Origin: Lentibacter sp.
GTDB lineage: Bacteria > Pseudomonadota > Alphaproteobacteria > Rhodobacterales > Rhodobacteraceae
Assembly: GCF_965657785.1 (NCBI RefSeq)
Contig: NZ_CBFHPP010000002.1
Location: 117,974-181,973 of the forward strand
DNA: 64,000 nucleotides
Direction: 5' to 3'
Shown: positions 36,980 to 46,464 of the stretch, piece after piece
Numbering within the stretch: the first letter of the stretch is position 1
Layout of the letters: every line of letters begins with the position of its first letter
The notes under the pieces: generated by a model
Database searches by the model: none
Told to the model about the DNA's origin: nothing
Seen by the model: only the letters and a program-made list of their open reading frames with translations
Made by a program: the position numbers and the translations under genes

Positions 36980-37822
36980 ATGATGCAGGTGGACCAGCCC
37001 GAGGGGCGCTATCATTACCAGTTGATGCGCCGTGCTTTGGCGGCGATTGATGCCTCTGAAGCACCGCTTTCGCTTGAGGCGCTGGCGGGCGAGATGAATA
37101 TGAGTGCGGCGCATTTCCAGCGGGTCTTTTCCGCTTGGGTGGGTGTGTCGCCCAAGCGCTATCAGCAGTATTTGCAGCTTGGACAGGCAAAGCGGATGTT
37201 GAGCGCGCGGTTTACCACGCTTGAAACAGCGCAATCTGTTGGGCTGTCGGGCGGCGGACGGCTGCACGACCTTTTTCTGCGTTGGGAAGCAATGAGCCCT
37301 GGGGAATTTGCTAAGAAGGGGGCGGGACTGACTGTGAACTATGGTTGGTTTGACACACCTTTTGGCGAAACGCTGGTGATGGGCACAGAGCGGGGCATTT
37401 GCGGGATGGGATTTGCCGAAGAGATGGGCCGCGACGTTTGCTTTGAGGACTTGGCGCAGCGCTGGCCGAAGGCGGAGTTTGTAGAGAAGCCAGCGGCGCT
37501 TCAGGGCTGGGTCAGGGCGGGGCAGGACCAAAAGGGCGAAACCGCGCTGCACCTGATGGGCGCGCCGTTCCAGATCAAGGTTTGGGAGGCATTGTTGCAG
37601 GTGCCGTCGGGTCATGTGACCACATATAGCGAGATCGCGGGGGCGATTGGACACCCCAAGGCTGTGCGCGCTGTGGGCACGGCTGTGGGGCGCAACCCTG
37701 TGAGCTGGTTGATCCCCTGTCATCGGGCGCTGCGCAAATCGGGAGCGCTGGGGGGCTATCACTGGGGCTTGCCTGTGAAGCGGGCGCTCTTGGCTTGGGA
37801 GTCTGCGCGCGAAGAAGCGTGA
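36980..37822 (+). CDS. AraC-type HTH fused to methylated-DNA-protein-cysteine methyltransferase (Ada/Ogt-like)
   Basis: An N-terminal AraC HTH region (MNMSAAHFQRVFSAWVGVSPKRY) and the C-terminal active site LIPCHRAL are present. The start is ATG 36980 or GTG 36965. Confidence 0.85.
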   Translation: MMQVDQPEGRYHYQLMRRALAAIDASEAPLSLEALAGEMNMSAAHFQRVFSAWVGVSPKRYQQYLQLGQAKRMLSARFTTLETAQSVGLSGGGRLHDLFLRWEAMSPGEFAKKGAGLTVNYGWFDTPFGETLVMGTERGICGMGFAEEMGRDVCFEDLAQRWPKAEFVEKPAALQGWVRAGQDQKGETALHLMGAPFQIKVWEALLQVPSGHVTTYSEIAGAIGHPKAVRAVGTAVGRNPVSWLIPCHRALRKSGALGGYHWGLPVKRALLAWESAREEA

Positions 37823-37936
37823 AGCGATGGGCGAATTGCTGCCGATCACGCGGGTGTTGCTTCTTTGTGACGGGGCGCAGACGGTATATATAGGCCTTAA
37901 GCCGCAGGATGTGTGGCACTAAGAAACGAGGCAGAT

Positions 37937-38596
37937 ATGAAGACGATTTCAAAATCTATTGGTGTGGGCGCTGTGAGTGCGATGGTCTTGCTGGCCGGCT
38001 GCACGGATCCGGGCCTTGTTAGCCCCAATGATCCGAACCGAAAGGCCAAGGAAGGCGCTTTGCTTGGTGCGGCGGCGGGGGCTATTATCGGCGGGTTGAC
38101 GCAGGATGACGGCAAGAAAGGCGCGTTTCGCGGCGCGATTGTCGGCGCGGGCCTTGGCGGGCTGACAGGGGCGGCGCTGGACCAGCAGGAGCGCGATTTG
38201 CGCGCGCGGCTTGGCACCGAGGCCAAGATTGTGAACACTGGCGAACGCCTGATTGTCACGATGCCGCAGGATATTTTGTTTGCCAGCGACAGCGCCAGCC
38301 TGCGCCCCGATCTGACCAGTGATATCCGGTCTGTTGCGAGCAGCCTGAACACCTATGGTGACTCGACTGTGCAAGTGGTTGGCCACACCGATAACACGGG
38401 CGATGCGGGCTACAACCAGAGCCTGAGTTTGCGCCGTGCACAGGCGGTGACGGCTGTTTTGGCGAGTGAGGGTGTGAACAGCTTTCGGATGCAGGCCGTG
38501 GGCCGTGGCGAAGATATGCCTTTGGCGACCAATCTGACGCCTGAGGGGCGCCAGCTCAACCGCCGTGTGGAAATTGTGATTACGCCGAGCGTATAA
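37937..38596 (+). CDS. OmpA-family lipoprotein
   Basis: A lipobox (VLLAGC), a Gly-zipper segment and the OmpA_C block VVGHTDNTGDAGYNQSLSLRRAQAV are present. Confidence 0.88.
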   Translation: MKTISKSIGVGAVSAMVLLAGCTDPGLVSPNDPNRKAKEGALLGAAAGAIIGGLTQDDGKKGAFRGAIVGAGLGGLTGAALDQQERDLRARLGTEAKIVNTGERLIVTMPQDILFASDSASLRPDLTSDIRSVASSLNTYGDSTVQVVGHTDNTGDAGYNQSLSLRRAQAVTAVLASEGVNSFRMQAVGRGEDMPLATNLTPEGRQLNRRVEIVITPSV

Positions 38597-38619
38597 GCCG
38601 CGCGACAGTTTTACGGGAC

Positions 38620-38654
38620 GGCCCTGCCAGATGTGGCGGGGCCTTTTCTGTTTT
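38620..38654 (+). terminator. Rho-independent terminator after the OmpA-family gene
   Basis: GGCCCTGCC-AGATGT-GGCGGGGCC forms a stem-loop, followed by TTTTCTGTTTT. Confidence 0.65.
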
Positions 38655-38752
38655 GCTCGGCATTTTTTTGCACAGGGGCTGTGCGCCTGTGAGAATTGCC
38701 CCGAGAGCGCTGTGAGGGTAGGAGCGAGGAAATTTCACAGAGGGAGGCCAAT

Positions 38753-39289
38753 ATGGCTCAGGTAAAACTTCTCGGACTTTCGGGCGCGCTGCGCAAAGGC
38801 TCAACCAACACCTTGCTCTTGCAAGAAGCGGCGCGGCTGATGGGCGATGCCGAGCTGACGCTGGCGGACCTCAACCTGCCGCTCTATGACGGCGACCTTG
38901 AGGCAGCTGACGGCGTGCCTGCTGCTGTCCAGACATTGGCGGCGCAGATTGCCGAGGCGGATGCTGTTGTGATTTCGACGCCAGAATATAACCGCGGGAT
39001 TTCGGGTGTTTTGAAGAATGCTCTGGACTGGGTGAGCCGAGTGGAAGGTGGCGTTTGGAGTAGTAAACCTGTGGCTCTGATGTCTTCTGCTGCGGGACGC
39101 GCGGGGGGCGATCGTGGGCTTGTTATGCTGCATAGCTGTATGACGCCGTTTCAGCCCAAAATTGTTGCGGGGCCAGAAGTGACTGTGGCGGCGAACTACA
39201 CCGAGTTTGACGCTGAAGGGCGCTTGCAAGGCGAGCTCTATGTGAAGAACCTGACCACGCTTATGGGCAACCTGCGCGCGGCGATCTGA
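38753..39289 (+). CDS. NADPH-dependent FMN reductase
   Basis: The ORF begins MAQVKLLGLSGALRKGSTNTLL and contains TPEYNRGISGVLKNALDW. I prefer ATG 38753 (SD GGGAGG upstream) over the track start 38696. Confidence 0.85.
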   Translation: MAQVKLLGLSGALRKGSTNTLLLQEAARLMGDAELTLADLNLPLYDGDLEAADGVPAAVQTLAAQIAEADAVVISTPEYNRGISGVLKNALDWVSRVEGGVWSSKPVALMSSAAGRAGGDRGLVMLHSCMTPFQPKIVAGPEVTVAANYTEFDAEGRLQGELYVKNLTTLMGNLRAAI

Positions 39290-39406
39290 TTTCGGATTTT
39301 CGCTTTGCGAAAACCCGACCAAGGCGGGGGACCAGTCCCCCGCACCACAGAACAGGCGGGGGACGCTGTCCCCCGCACCCCCTGGGATATTTTAAGAAAG
39401 AAAAAG
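39290..39406 (+). repeat. Modular hairpin repeat, copy C (G/C hairpin module duplicated)
   Basis: The copy reads TTTCGG-ATTTTCGC-TTT-GCGAAAAC-CCGA, then GCGGGGGACCAGTCCCCCGC, then GCGGGGGACGCTGTCCCCCGC, then CCCCCTGGGATATTTTAAGAAAGAAAAAG. It begins 1 nt after the stop codon. Confidence 0.9.
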
Positions 39407-39434
39407 GCGAGGGCCATTTTAGTGCGGGGGGGGC

Positions 39435-40106
39435 TTAGAGCACCTGAATGACGCTTTTGTCTATGCTGAGGATATAGCCGCGGCGGGCGATATTTTTGAT
39501 CAGCAACTCCGAGACGAGCTGATTGCCCAAAGTGTCGCGCAAGCGTTTGATACGGGTGGCGCCTGCGGCTTCGTCGCAGTCTGAGGCGAGGCGGCCCGAG
39601 ATAACGGCCTCTATTTCGGCGCCGTTGAGGACATCATCGTCCATGCGGGCTTCGGCGAGGACACTGAGGGTTTCCATGGCGGCGCCTGTGAGCTTGAAGC
39701 CCATGTTGTTGAGATAGACGGTGTTTTCTTCGCGGCTGATCAAGAGCGAGTTGACCTGAATGCCCGAGCGCTCGATGGTGGCCATGCGGCGGCTGAAGGC
39801 GGCGAGCATGACGAGAAAGACGAAGGCAGCGATCAGCATCGCGGTGGCGAAGACGAGCAGCACAAAAATCACCATGCGGTAGCTTGAGAGCGTATCGGAG
39901 AAGGCTGTACCGGATTGGGCCAGAATTTCGAGCAGTTTGATTTCGGCTTGTGTGCTCAAGTTGTCATTTTCGACAAAGAGCTGTTCCACGCGGGCGTTGA
40001 AGGCGCCAGCATCGGGCAGGGTAAAGAAGAGCACGACGGCGGCGATGAGCAAGATTGCGACGATTGCCGCGATCCCGATAAAGACGGTGCGGTTTGGATT
40101 ACTCAT
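39435..40106 (-). CDS. Membrane-anchored winged-helix (OmpR/PhoB-type Trans_reg_C-like) protein
   Basis: The 223-aa ORF from ATG 40106 begins MSNPNRT. It has two TM helices (VFIGIAAIVAILLIAAVVLFFTL and MVIFVLLVFATAMLIAAFVFLVMLAAF) around a loop of about 47 aa. A wHTH-like tail follows: LLISREENTVYLNNMGFKLTGAAMETLSVLAEA...RIKRLRDTLG...IARRGYILSI. The track start 40325 adds an implausible Pro/Ser-rich extension. Confidence 0.6.
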   Translation of the reverse strand: MSNPNRTVFIGIAAIVAILLIAAVVLFFTLPDAGAFNARVEQLFVENDNLSTQAEIKLLEILAQSGTAFSDTLSSYRMVIFVLLVFATAMLIAAFVFLVMLAAFSRRMATIERSGIQVNSLLISREENTVYLNNMGFKLTGAAMETLSVLAEARMDDDVLNGAEIEAVISGRLASDCDEAAGATRIKRLRDTLGNQLVSELLIKNIARRGYILSIDKSVIQVL

Positions 40107-40110
40107 ACGC

Positions 40111-40395
40111 TCAGAAGCGGAGATAGAAGGGTCCTGCACTCTCTTTCCTCTCATTAAGGCCGCTGGCGTCAAACACCGAAACAACATTGAGCAGCACCCA
40201 GCCGGCTTTGGCAAGGCGGGGGGCGAGTTCGGCCTGGGCCGAGGCGGGGCTACACTCTCCTGTGATTTGGGCGACGCCGTAGTGAAGCTTGAGCGGGTTG
40301 TCTTGCTTGGCTTTGTAGTCGGCATAGCAATCGCTCGCGTGAAGCGGCGAGGACAGAAGCGCCAGAGCGGCGGATATGAGCATGATGTTTTTCAT
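40111..40395 (-). CDS. Small secreted protein (hypothetical), 4 nt upstream of the membrane wHTH gene
   Basis: A signal peptide (MKNIMLISAALALLSSPLHA) is followed by a mature part of about 74 aa with two Cys. An alternative start is ATG 40437. Confidence 0.5.
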   Translation of the reverse strand: MKNIMLISAALALLSSPLHASDCYADYKAKQDNPLKLHYGVAQITGECSPASAQAELAPRLAKAGWVLLNVVSVFDASGLNERKESAGPFYLRF

Positions 40396-40571
40396 AGGAT
40401 CAGACTGCGCGTTTTGGGTTTGATATTCAATATCCATCCGCCCTTGGCGCAGGTGCTATCTGATAGCAGCGGGCTGTTATTGCCTGTCTTAGGGAGGGTG
40501 CTGATTTTGGGTTTATCGCTGGTTTGCATGATGAGGTGCGGGCCGATTTAAAACCGAAAGGAAACTCTCTT

Positions 40572-41048
40572 ATGTCACGTAAATTTATAGCTGCGATTAC
40601 GTTAAGCGCCCTCTTGGCGGCATCTTTTTCGGCCGTTCCAGCACGCGCAGATGACAGGGATACAGCGCGCGCCCTTGCGGGGATTGTGGCGCTTGCGCTG
40701 ATTGGGAAAGCGCTGAGTGATCGCAAGGACGACCGCCATCTGCACCAGACCCATCGCCCAGAACCGCGCCAGCCCAAAGGCAAAGCGGTGCATCGGTCTG
40801 GTCAGTTTGAGCATCAGCCTTTGCCGCCGCGTGTGCGCAAGATGACGCTGCCGCGGCGCTGTTTGACTGTGGTGCAGGGCCGTCACAAGACGTTCCGCTA
40901 TATGGGCGAGCGGTGCTTGCAGAACAATTATCAGTGGTCGCGGAGTCTTCCGCGCGCCTGCGAGATCAGGGTGAAGGGGCCACGCGGTGTGCGCACGGGC
41001 TATCAGGCGGGCTGTCTGAAGCGGAACGGATATCGCCTGAACGGATAA
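40572..41048 (+). CDS. Hypothetical secreted protein with a basic, Cys-containing C-terminus
   Basis: A signal peptide (MSRKFIAAITLSALLAASFSAVPARA) and an AAGGAAA RBS are present. Four Cys lie in the last 75 aa. I recognise no family. Confidence 0.5.
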   Translation: MSRKFIAAITLSALLAASFSAVPARADDRDTARALAGIVALALIGKALSDRKDDRHLHQTHRPEPRQPKGKAVHRSGQFEHQPLPPRVRKMTLPRRCLTVVQGRHKTFRYMGERCLQNNYQWSRSLPRACEIRVKGPRGVRTGYQAGCLKRNGYRLNG

Positions 41049-41092
41049 TACCTGCTTGATCTGGGCCTGTTGTCTCTGTCATCTCTGGCAGA

Positions 41093-41725
41093 ATGACAGG
41101 CCCGGATTTTTCTTATGAGCGCGCGGCGATGAGTCGTGGATTTGCCCGCATTGCGGGAGTTGACGAGGTTGGCCGCGGGCCGCTGGCGGGGCCAGTGACG
41201 GCCTGTGCCGTTGTTTTGGATATGTCGCGCATTCCCGAAGGCCTCAACGACAGCAAGAAGCTGAGCGCAAAGCGGCGGGACGCTCTGGCGGAGGCGATTT
41301 TGGCTTGTGCTGAAGTGAGCGTGGCGAGTGCGAGCGTGGAAGAAATCGACGCGTTGAACATTCTGCGCGCGTCTCATTTGGCGATGGAGCGGGCTGTGGC
41401 GGGGCTTTTGACGCCGCCAGATCATTGTTTGATTGATGGAAACCTCATTCCCAAGGGCCTGACCGTCTCGGCGGAGGCGATTGTGAAGGGGGATAGCAAA
41501 TCAGTGAGCATTTCTGCGGCCTCTATTGTGGCGAAAATCAGGCGGGATTTTGTCATGTCGGCACTGGCGCAACAGTTTCCGGGCTATGGCTGGGAGACGA
41601 ACGCCGGATATCCATCAAAAAGTCACAGGTTGGCTTTGGAAAATCTTGGTGTGACCCCACACCATAGACGTTCGTTCAAACCAGTGCACAATATCTTGTA
41701 TCAACAAAAAAATGTAAGTGACTGA
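41093..41725 (+). CDS. rnhB: Ribonuclease HII
   Basis: GVDEVGRGPLAGPV and DSKKLS motifs are present. The conserved rnhB-ccrM synteny holds. Confidence 0.93.
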   Translation: MTGPDFSYERAAMSRGFARIAGVDEVGRGPLAGPVTACAVVLDMSRIPEGLNDSKKLSAKRRDALAEAILACAEVSVASASVEEIDALNILRASHLAMERAVAGLLTPPDHCLIDGNLIPKGLTVSAEAIVKGDSKSVSISAASIVAKIRRDFVMSALAQQFPGYGWETNAGYPSKSHRLALENLGVTPHHRRSFKPVHNILYQQKNVSD

Positions 41726-41762
41726 TTCAAAAAAGAAATTGACCGCGAATCGTCAATGACTC
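41724..41762. promoter_or_regulatory. Cluster of three GANTC (CcrM target) sites plus the inverted repeat ATTGAC-N8-GTCAAT upstream of ccrM
   Basis: GATTC lies at 41724-41728, GAATC at 41747-41751 (inside the inverted-repeat spacer) and GACTC at 41758-41762. The inverted repeat spans 41738-41757. Confidence 0.45.
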
Positions 41763-41805
41763 ATCTTAGGCCTCAACCAATGAGTGCAAAACGCACCGTG
41801 TATGA

Positions 41806-42921
<1,116 letters not shown>

Positions 42922-43035
42922 ATTAAAACGAGACTTCACCTGCAACCATGGCTCAGCTTTGAGTCAGCGGGTGAGCTCTGTCTTTTACCGAACACCGCCG
43001 GTGCCTGTGGCCTGACTCCACGGCACTTTACCTTA

Positions 43036-43070
43036 AGCCCCGTCCTACTCCAGAGGCGGGGCCTTTTTTT
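43036..43070 (+). terminator. Rho-independent terminator about 115 nt downstream of ccrM
   Basis: GCCCCGTC-N12-GGCGGGGC forms a stem-loop, followed by CTTTTTTTG. Confidence 0.7.
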
Positions 43071-43123
43071 GTCGGTGTTTTGATATAGACTGGGCGGCAA
43101 CACGAATAGAAAGCACACCCTTG

Positions 43124-44182
43124 ATGACTGACGACACCCAAGAGGCTTTGCGGCCAAAGACGGCGCCCCTTTCGCTTTTGCAACAGCTGGGGTGGGGCCC
43201 GTTTTTTGAAGACCAAGCCGAGGCGTCTGTGATCGCTGCGACACCGCCTGTCAGGGTCACCGAAGTGCACCGCAGCGGTCATCATGTTTTGGGAGAGGGG
43301 ATCGACATGATCCTTCCGCCGCGTCCTGATGCGACGGTGGGGGACTGGCTCTTGCTCAATGCTGAAGAGCCTGCCGAAAGCGTGGTTCTTGAGCGCAAGA
43401 ACCTGATCAAGCGGCGCGCGCCGGGGGGTGAGCGGCAGGTTCAGCTGATCGGGGCGAACCTTGATACCACCTTCATTGTCACCTCTTGCAATGATGATTT
43501 CAATATTGCGCGGCTGGAGCGATATGTTGCGCTTGCGCTTGAAGATAGGGCGTCGCCCGTAATTTTGCTGACCAAGGCTGATCTGGCGGAGGATGTGGAG
43601 AGCTATCTCAGCCAAGCGCGCTCGATCTCGGCGGATGTGCCTGTGCTTGCGATTGACGGGCGCGGTGAGGAGCCGCGCGAGAGGCTGGCCCACTGGTGCA
43701 AGCCTGGTAAGACGGTTGCATTTATCGGCTCTTCGGGTGTGGGGAAGTCGACGCTGACCAACACGTTGTCAGGCGGTCAGGAAGTCAAGACCCAAGGGAT
43801 CAGAGAGGCGGATGCGCGAGGGCGGCACACCACAACGAGCCGTCAGCTTCACTTGCTGGTGAGCGGCTGCACCGTGCTGGATACGCCGGGTATGAGAGAA
43901 GTTCAGCTTACGGATGCGGCGTCGGGGCTGGGCGAATTGTTTGCTGATTTGCAAGAACTGGGCACGCAATGTCGCTTTCGGGACTGTATGCACGAGAGCG
44001 AGCCGGGATGTGCCATTAAGGCTGCGCTGGCAGCGGGAGAGATTGGCAAGGCGCGCCTCTTGCGCTGGAAAAAGCTTGTCGCGGAAGATGCGTTTAACTC
44101 GGAAAGTCTCAGCCCGCGCAAAGCCATGGACCGAACCTTTGGTCGCGTGGCCAAGCAAGGTAAAAAACGCGGGAAGAAGTAA
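43124..44182 (+). CDS. rsgA: Ribosome small-subunit-dependent GTPase A
   Basis: The P-loop GSSGVGKSTLTN, DTPGMRE and the zinc knuckle CRFRDCMHESEPGCAI are present. Confidence 0.93.
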   Translation: MTDDTQEALRPKTAPLSLLQQLGWGPFFEDQAEASVIAATPPVRVTEVHRSGHHVLGEGIDMILPPRPDATVGDWLLLNAEEPAESVVLERKNLIKRRAPGGERQVQLIGANLDTTFIVTSCNDDFNIARLERYVALALEDRASPVILLTKADLAEDVESYLSQARSISADVPVLAIDGRGEEPRERLAHWCKPGKTVAFIGSSGVGKSTLTNTLSGGQEVKTQGIREADARGRHTTTSRQLHLLVSGCTVLDTPGMREVQLTDAASGLGELFADLQELGTQCRFRDCMHESEPGCAIKAALAAGEIGKARLLRWKKLVAEDAFNSESLSPRKAMDRTFGRVAKQGKKRGKK

Positions 44183-44184
44183 CC

Positions 44185-45318
44185 CTAGCGCGGCATCGGG
44201 TTTTTCGCTTTGTTATAGGGCTTCCACTCGGTGATTTCGGGGTAATACATCTCGCGCCAGCGCTTGACGCGTGGGTTCATTTTCTTGCGCCAAAGCGGAG
44301 GAACCATCGCGGCCATCGTCATCAGAGGATAGCCATAGGGCAGCTGGGGCGCTTGGGAGGCGTCGTAGTTTTGCAAGAGAGGGAAGCGGCGGTCTGGCTT
44401 GTAGTGATGATCGGAGTGGCGCTGGAGATTGATTAGAAGCCAGTTTGACGCTTTGTGCGCCGCGTTCCAGCTGTGATGGGGCATCACGTGCTCATATTTG
44501 CCATTGCCAAGGTGTTTGCGGGTCAGGCCGTAGTGTTCAACATAGTTGACCAGCTCGAGCTGCCAGACGGCGGCGAAGGCTTGCCAGAGAAAGAGTGCGA
44601 GGCCGACCCAACCGCCGACGACAAGAGCCAGAGCAAGCATAAGGCCTTGCAACGCCCAATAGCGGAAGAACGGATTGGAGCTGTCGCTCCACGGCAGGTC
44701 TTTGCGGGCGAGCATCTCTTTTTCGGCTTTGAAGGCCGAGCTTGGCCCCTCGCGCAGAACACGGGGGAAGTAGCGGTAAAACCCCTCATTGTAGCGGGCG
44801 GTGACGGCGTCGCGCGGGGTTCCGACGTAGCGATGATGCACGAGCAGGTGCTCTGTTCGAAAATGGGAGTAGAGCACCATGGAGAGCAGGATATCGCCAA
44901 GCCAGCGCTCGAACCTGTTTTTCTGGTGCATCAGCTCGTGGGAGTAGTTGATCCCGACTGTGCCTGTGATGACGCCGACGCCGAAGAAGAGCACTATTGT
45001 TTCGAGTGTTCCGAGATGCTCGGCGCGGGGGACATAGTAGAGCAGGCCAAAGAGCGTCAGGAACTGTAGCGGCATCCAGAGTTTGGTGATGAGGGAATAG
45101 GCTGTGAGGTGTTCTTCGCCAATGTTAGGGTCTGCATTTTCGGTATTGAGGCCGAGGACGGCATCAAGGCCAGAGAAAAGATACCAAGTCGCCAGTGGCA
45201 GCAGCGCGACCGTCCAGCCGCCATAAAATGCGCCGATCCAAGCAAGAGGAATGAGCGTAAGAGAAAGCCAGAACGGCAGAGCGCGGCTGAGGCTGGCGAC
45301 GTGTTGGGCGTTGAGCAT
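44185..45318 (-). CDS. alkB: Alkane 1-monooxygenase (AlkB-type membrane di-iron hydroxylase)
   Basis: The His boxes HELMHQ, EHLLVHHRYV and LQRHSDHH, plus NYVEHYGL, are present. The N-terminus has multiple TM helices. Confidence 0.88.
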   Translation of the reverse strand: MLNAQHVASLSRALPFWLSLTLIPLAWIGAFYGGWTVALLPLATWYLFSGLDAVLGLNTENADPNIGEEHLTAYSLITKLWMPLQFLTLFGLLYYVPRAEHLGTLETIVLFFGVGVITGTVGINYSHELMHQKNRFERWLGDILLSMVLYSHFRTEHLLVHHRYVGTPRDAVTARYNEGFYRYFPRVLREGPSSAFKAEKEMLARKDLPWSDSSNPFFRYWALQGLMLALALVVGGWVGLALFLWQAFAAVWQLELVNYVEHYGLTRKHLGNGKYEHVMPHHSWNAAHKASNWLLINLQRHSDHHYKPDRRFPLLQNYDASQAPQLPYGYPLMTMAAMVPPLWRKKMNPRVKRWREMYYPEITEWKPYNKAKNPMPR

Positions 45319-45354
45319 TTGAAGACCCTTTACTCAGGACAATTGGCGGAACTC

Positions 45355-46410
45355 TTACGATCTATTGTCGAACGCGCTTTGCGCAAGGTCAAATGCCTTT
45401 CGCATGACCGTGGGCAAAGCCTTGGGGGAAAAGCTGTGTTTGGGGATAAATTCCAGCCCCTCGATTTCGGCATCATAAGGCAGATGAGCGATGTAAATAT
45501 CAAGGCGCAGGTGAAAATGTGTGAAGGTGTGAAGCGCTTCGGCGTTGAGCTTTTGCCAATCTGCGTCAAGCGGGGGCGCGGCGATACGCTCCTCGCCCCA
45601 AGCGGCTCCGGGCCAGCCGAGCATTCCACCAAGGAGGCCTTTGTCGGGGCGGCGCTCCATCAGCCATGCCCCATCCGCGCGACGCGCGATATAGGCTATG
45701 CCGAGACGCGTCGGCTTGGCGGCTTTGGGGCGCTTGCGGGGCAAGGTCTCGGCGATCCCTTCGGCGCGGGCCACGCAGGGCGCACGCCACGGGCAGATGC
45801 CACAGGCGGGGGATTTGGGCGTGCAGAGCGTTGCGCCAAGGTCCATGACGGCTTGGGCATAGTCGCCTGCGCGCAGCTCGGGCGTCAGGCCAGCGGCATG
45901 GGCGCGCAGGGTCTCTTTGCTGTCAGGAAGCGGCTCTAACACGGCATAAAGCCGCGACATCACCCGCTCGACATTGCCGTCGAGCACTGTCTCTGCGTGA
46001 TCATAGGCGATCGAGGAAATGGCCGCAGACGTATAGGGCCCGATCCCGGGCAGGGCCTCAAGCGCGGCGCGTGTTTTGGGGAAGCCGCCAAGCTCTGTGA
46101 CGGCGCGGGCGCATTTCAAGAGATTGCGAGCGCGGGCGTAATAGCCCAGGCCTGCCCATTCTGCCATGACGTCTTCGTCGCGCGCGGCGGCGAGGGCCTC
46201 GACCGTGGGCCAGAGCAAAAGAAAGCGGGTGAAGTATGCTTTAACGGCCGCGACAGTCGTTTGCTGAAGCATGATTTCGGAGAGCCAGACGGCATAAGGG
46301 TCTGGAGTGACTCCGGCGGCTCTATCAGACGGGCTGGTGCGCCACGGCAGGCTGCGCGCGTGTGCATCATACCAGTCGAGCAGATCGGAGGCTTTTGCCG
46401 TGTCACGCAT
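45355..46410 (-). CDS. mutY: A/G-specific adenine DNA glycosylase
   Basis: The HhH motif LPGIGPYTSAAISSIAY, the 4Fe-4S cluster CTPKSPACGICPWRAPC and a NUDIX-like C-terminal domain are present. Confidence 0.93.
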   Translation of the reverse strand: MRDTAKASDLLDWYDAHARSLPWRTSPSDRAAGVTPDPYAVWLSEIMLQQTTVAAVKAYFTRFLLLWPTVEALAAARDEDVMAEWAGLGYYARARNLLKCARAVTELGGFPKTRAALEALPGIGPYTSAAISSIAYDHAETVLDGNVERVMSRLYAVLEPLPDSKETLRAHAAGLTPELRAGDYAQAVMDLGATLCTPKSPACGICPWRAPCVARAEGIAETLPRKRPKAAKPTRLGIAYIARRADGAWLMERRPDKGLLGGMLGWPGAAWGEERIAAPPLDADWQKLNAEALHTFTHFHLRLDIYIAHLPYDAEIEGLEFIPKHSFSPKALPTVMRKAFDLAQSAFDNRS

Positions 46411-46464
46411 TGTTTATATCCTGTTTACCAATCGCTCTGTCCAAGGAGCCTTTGCGGGGGTAAC

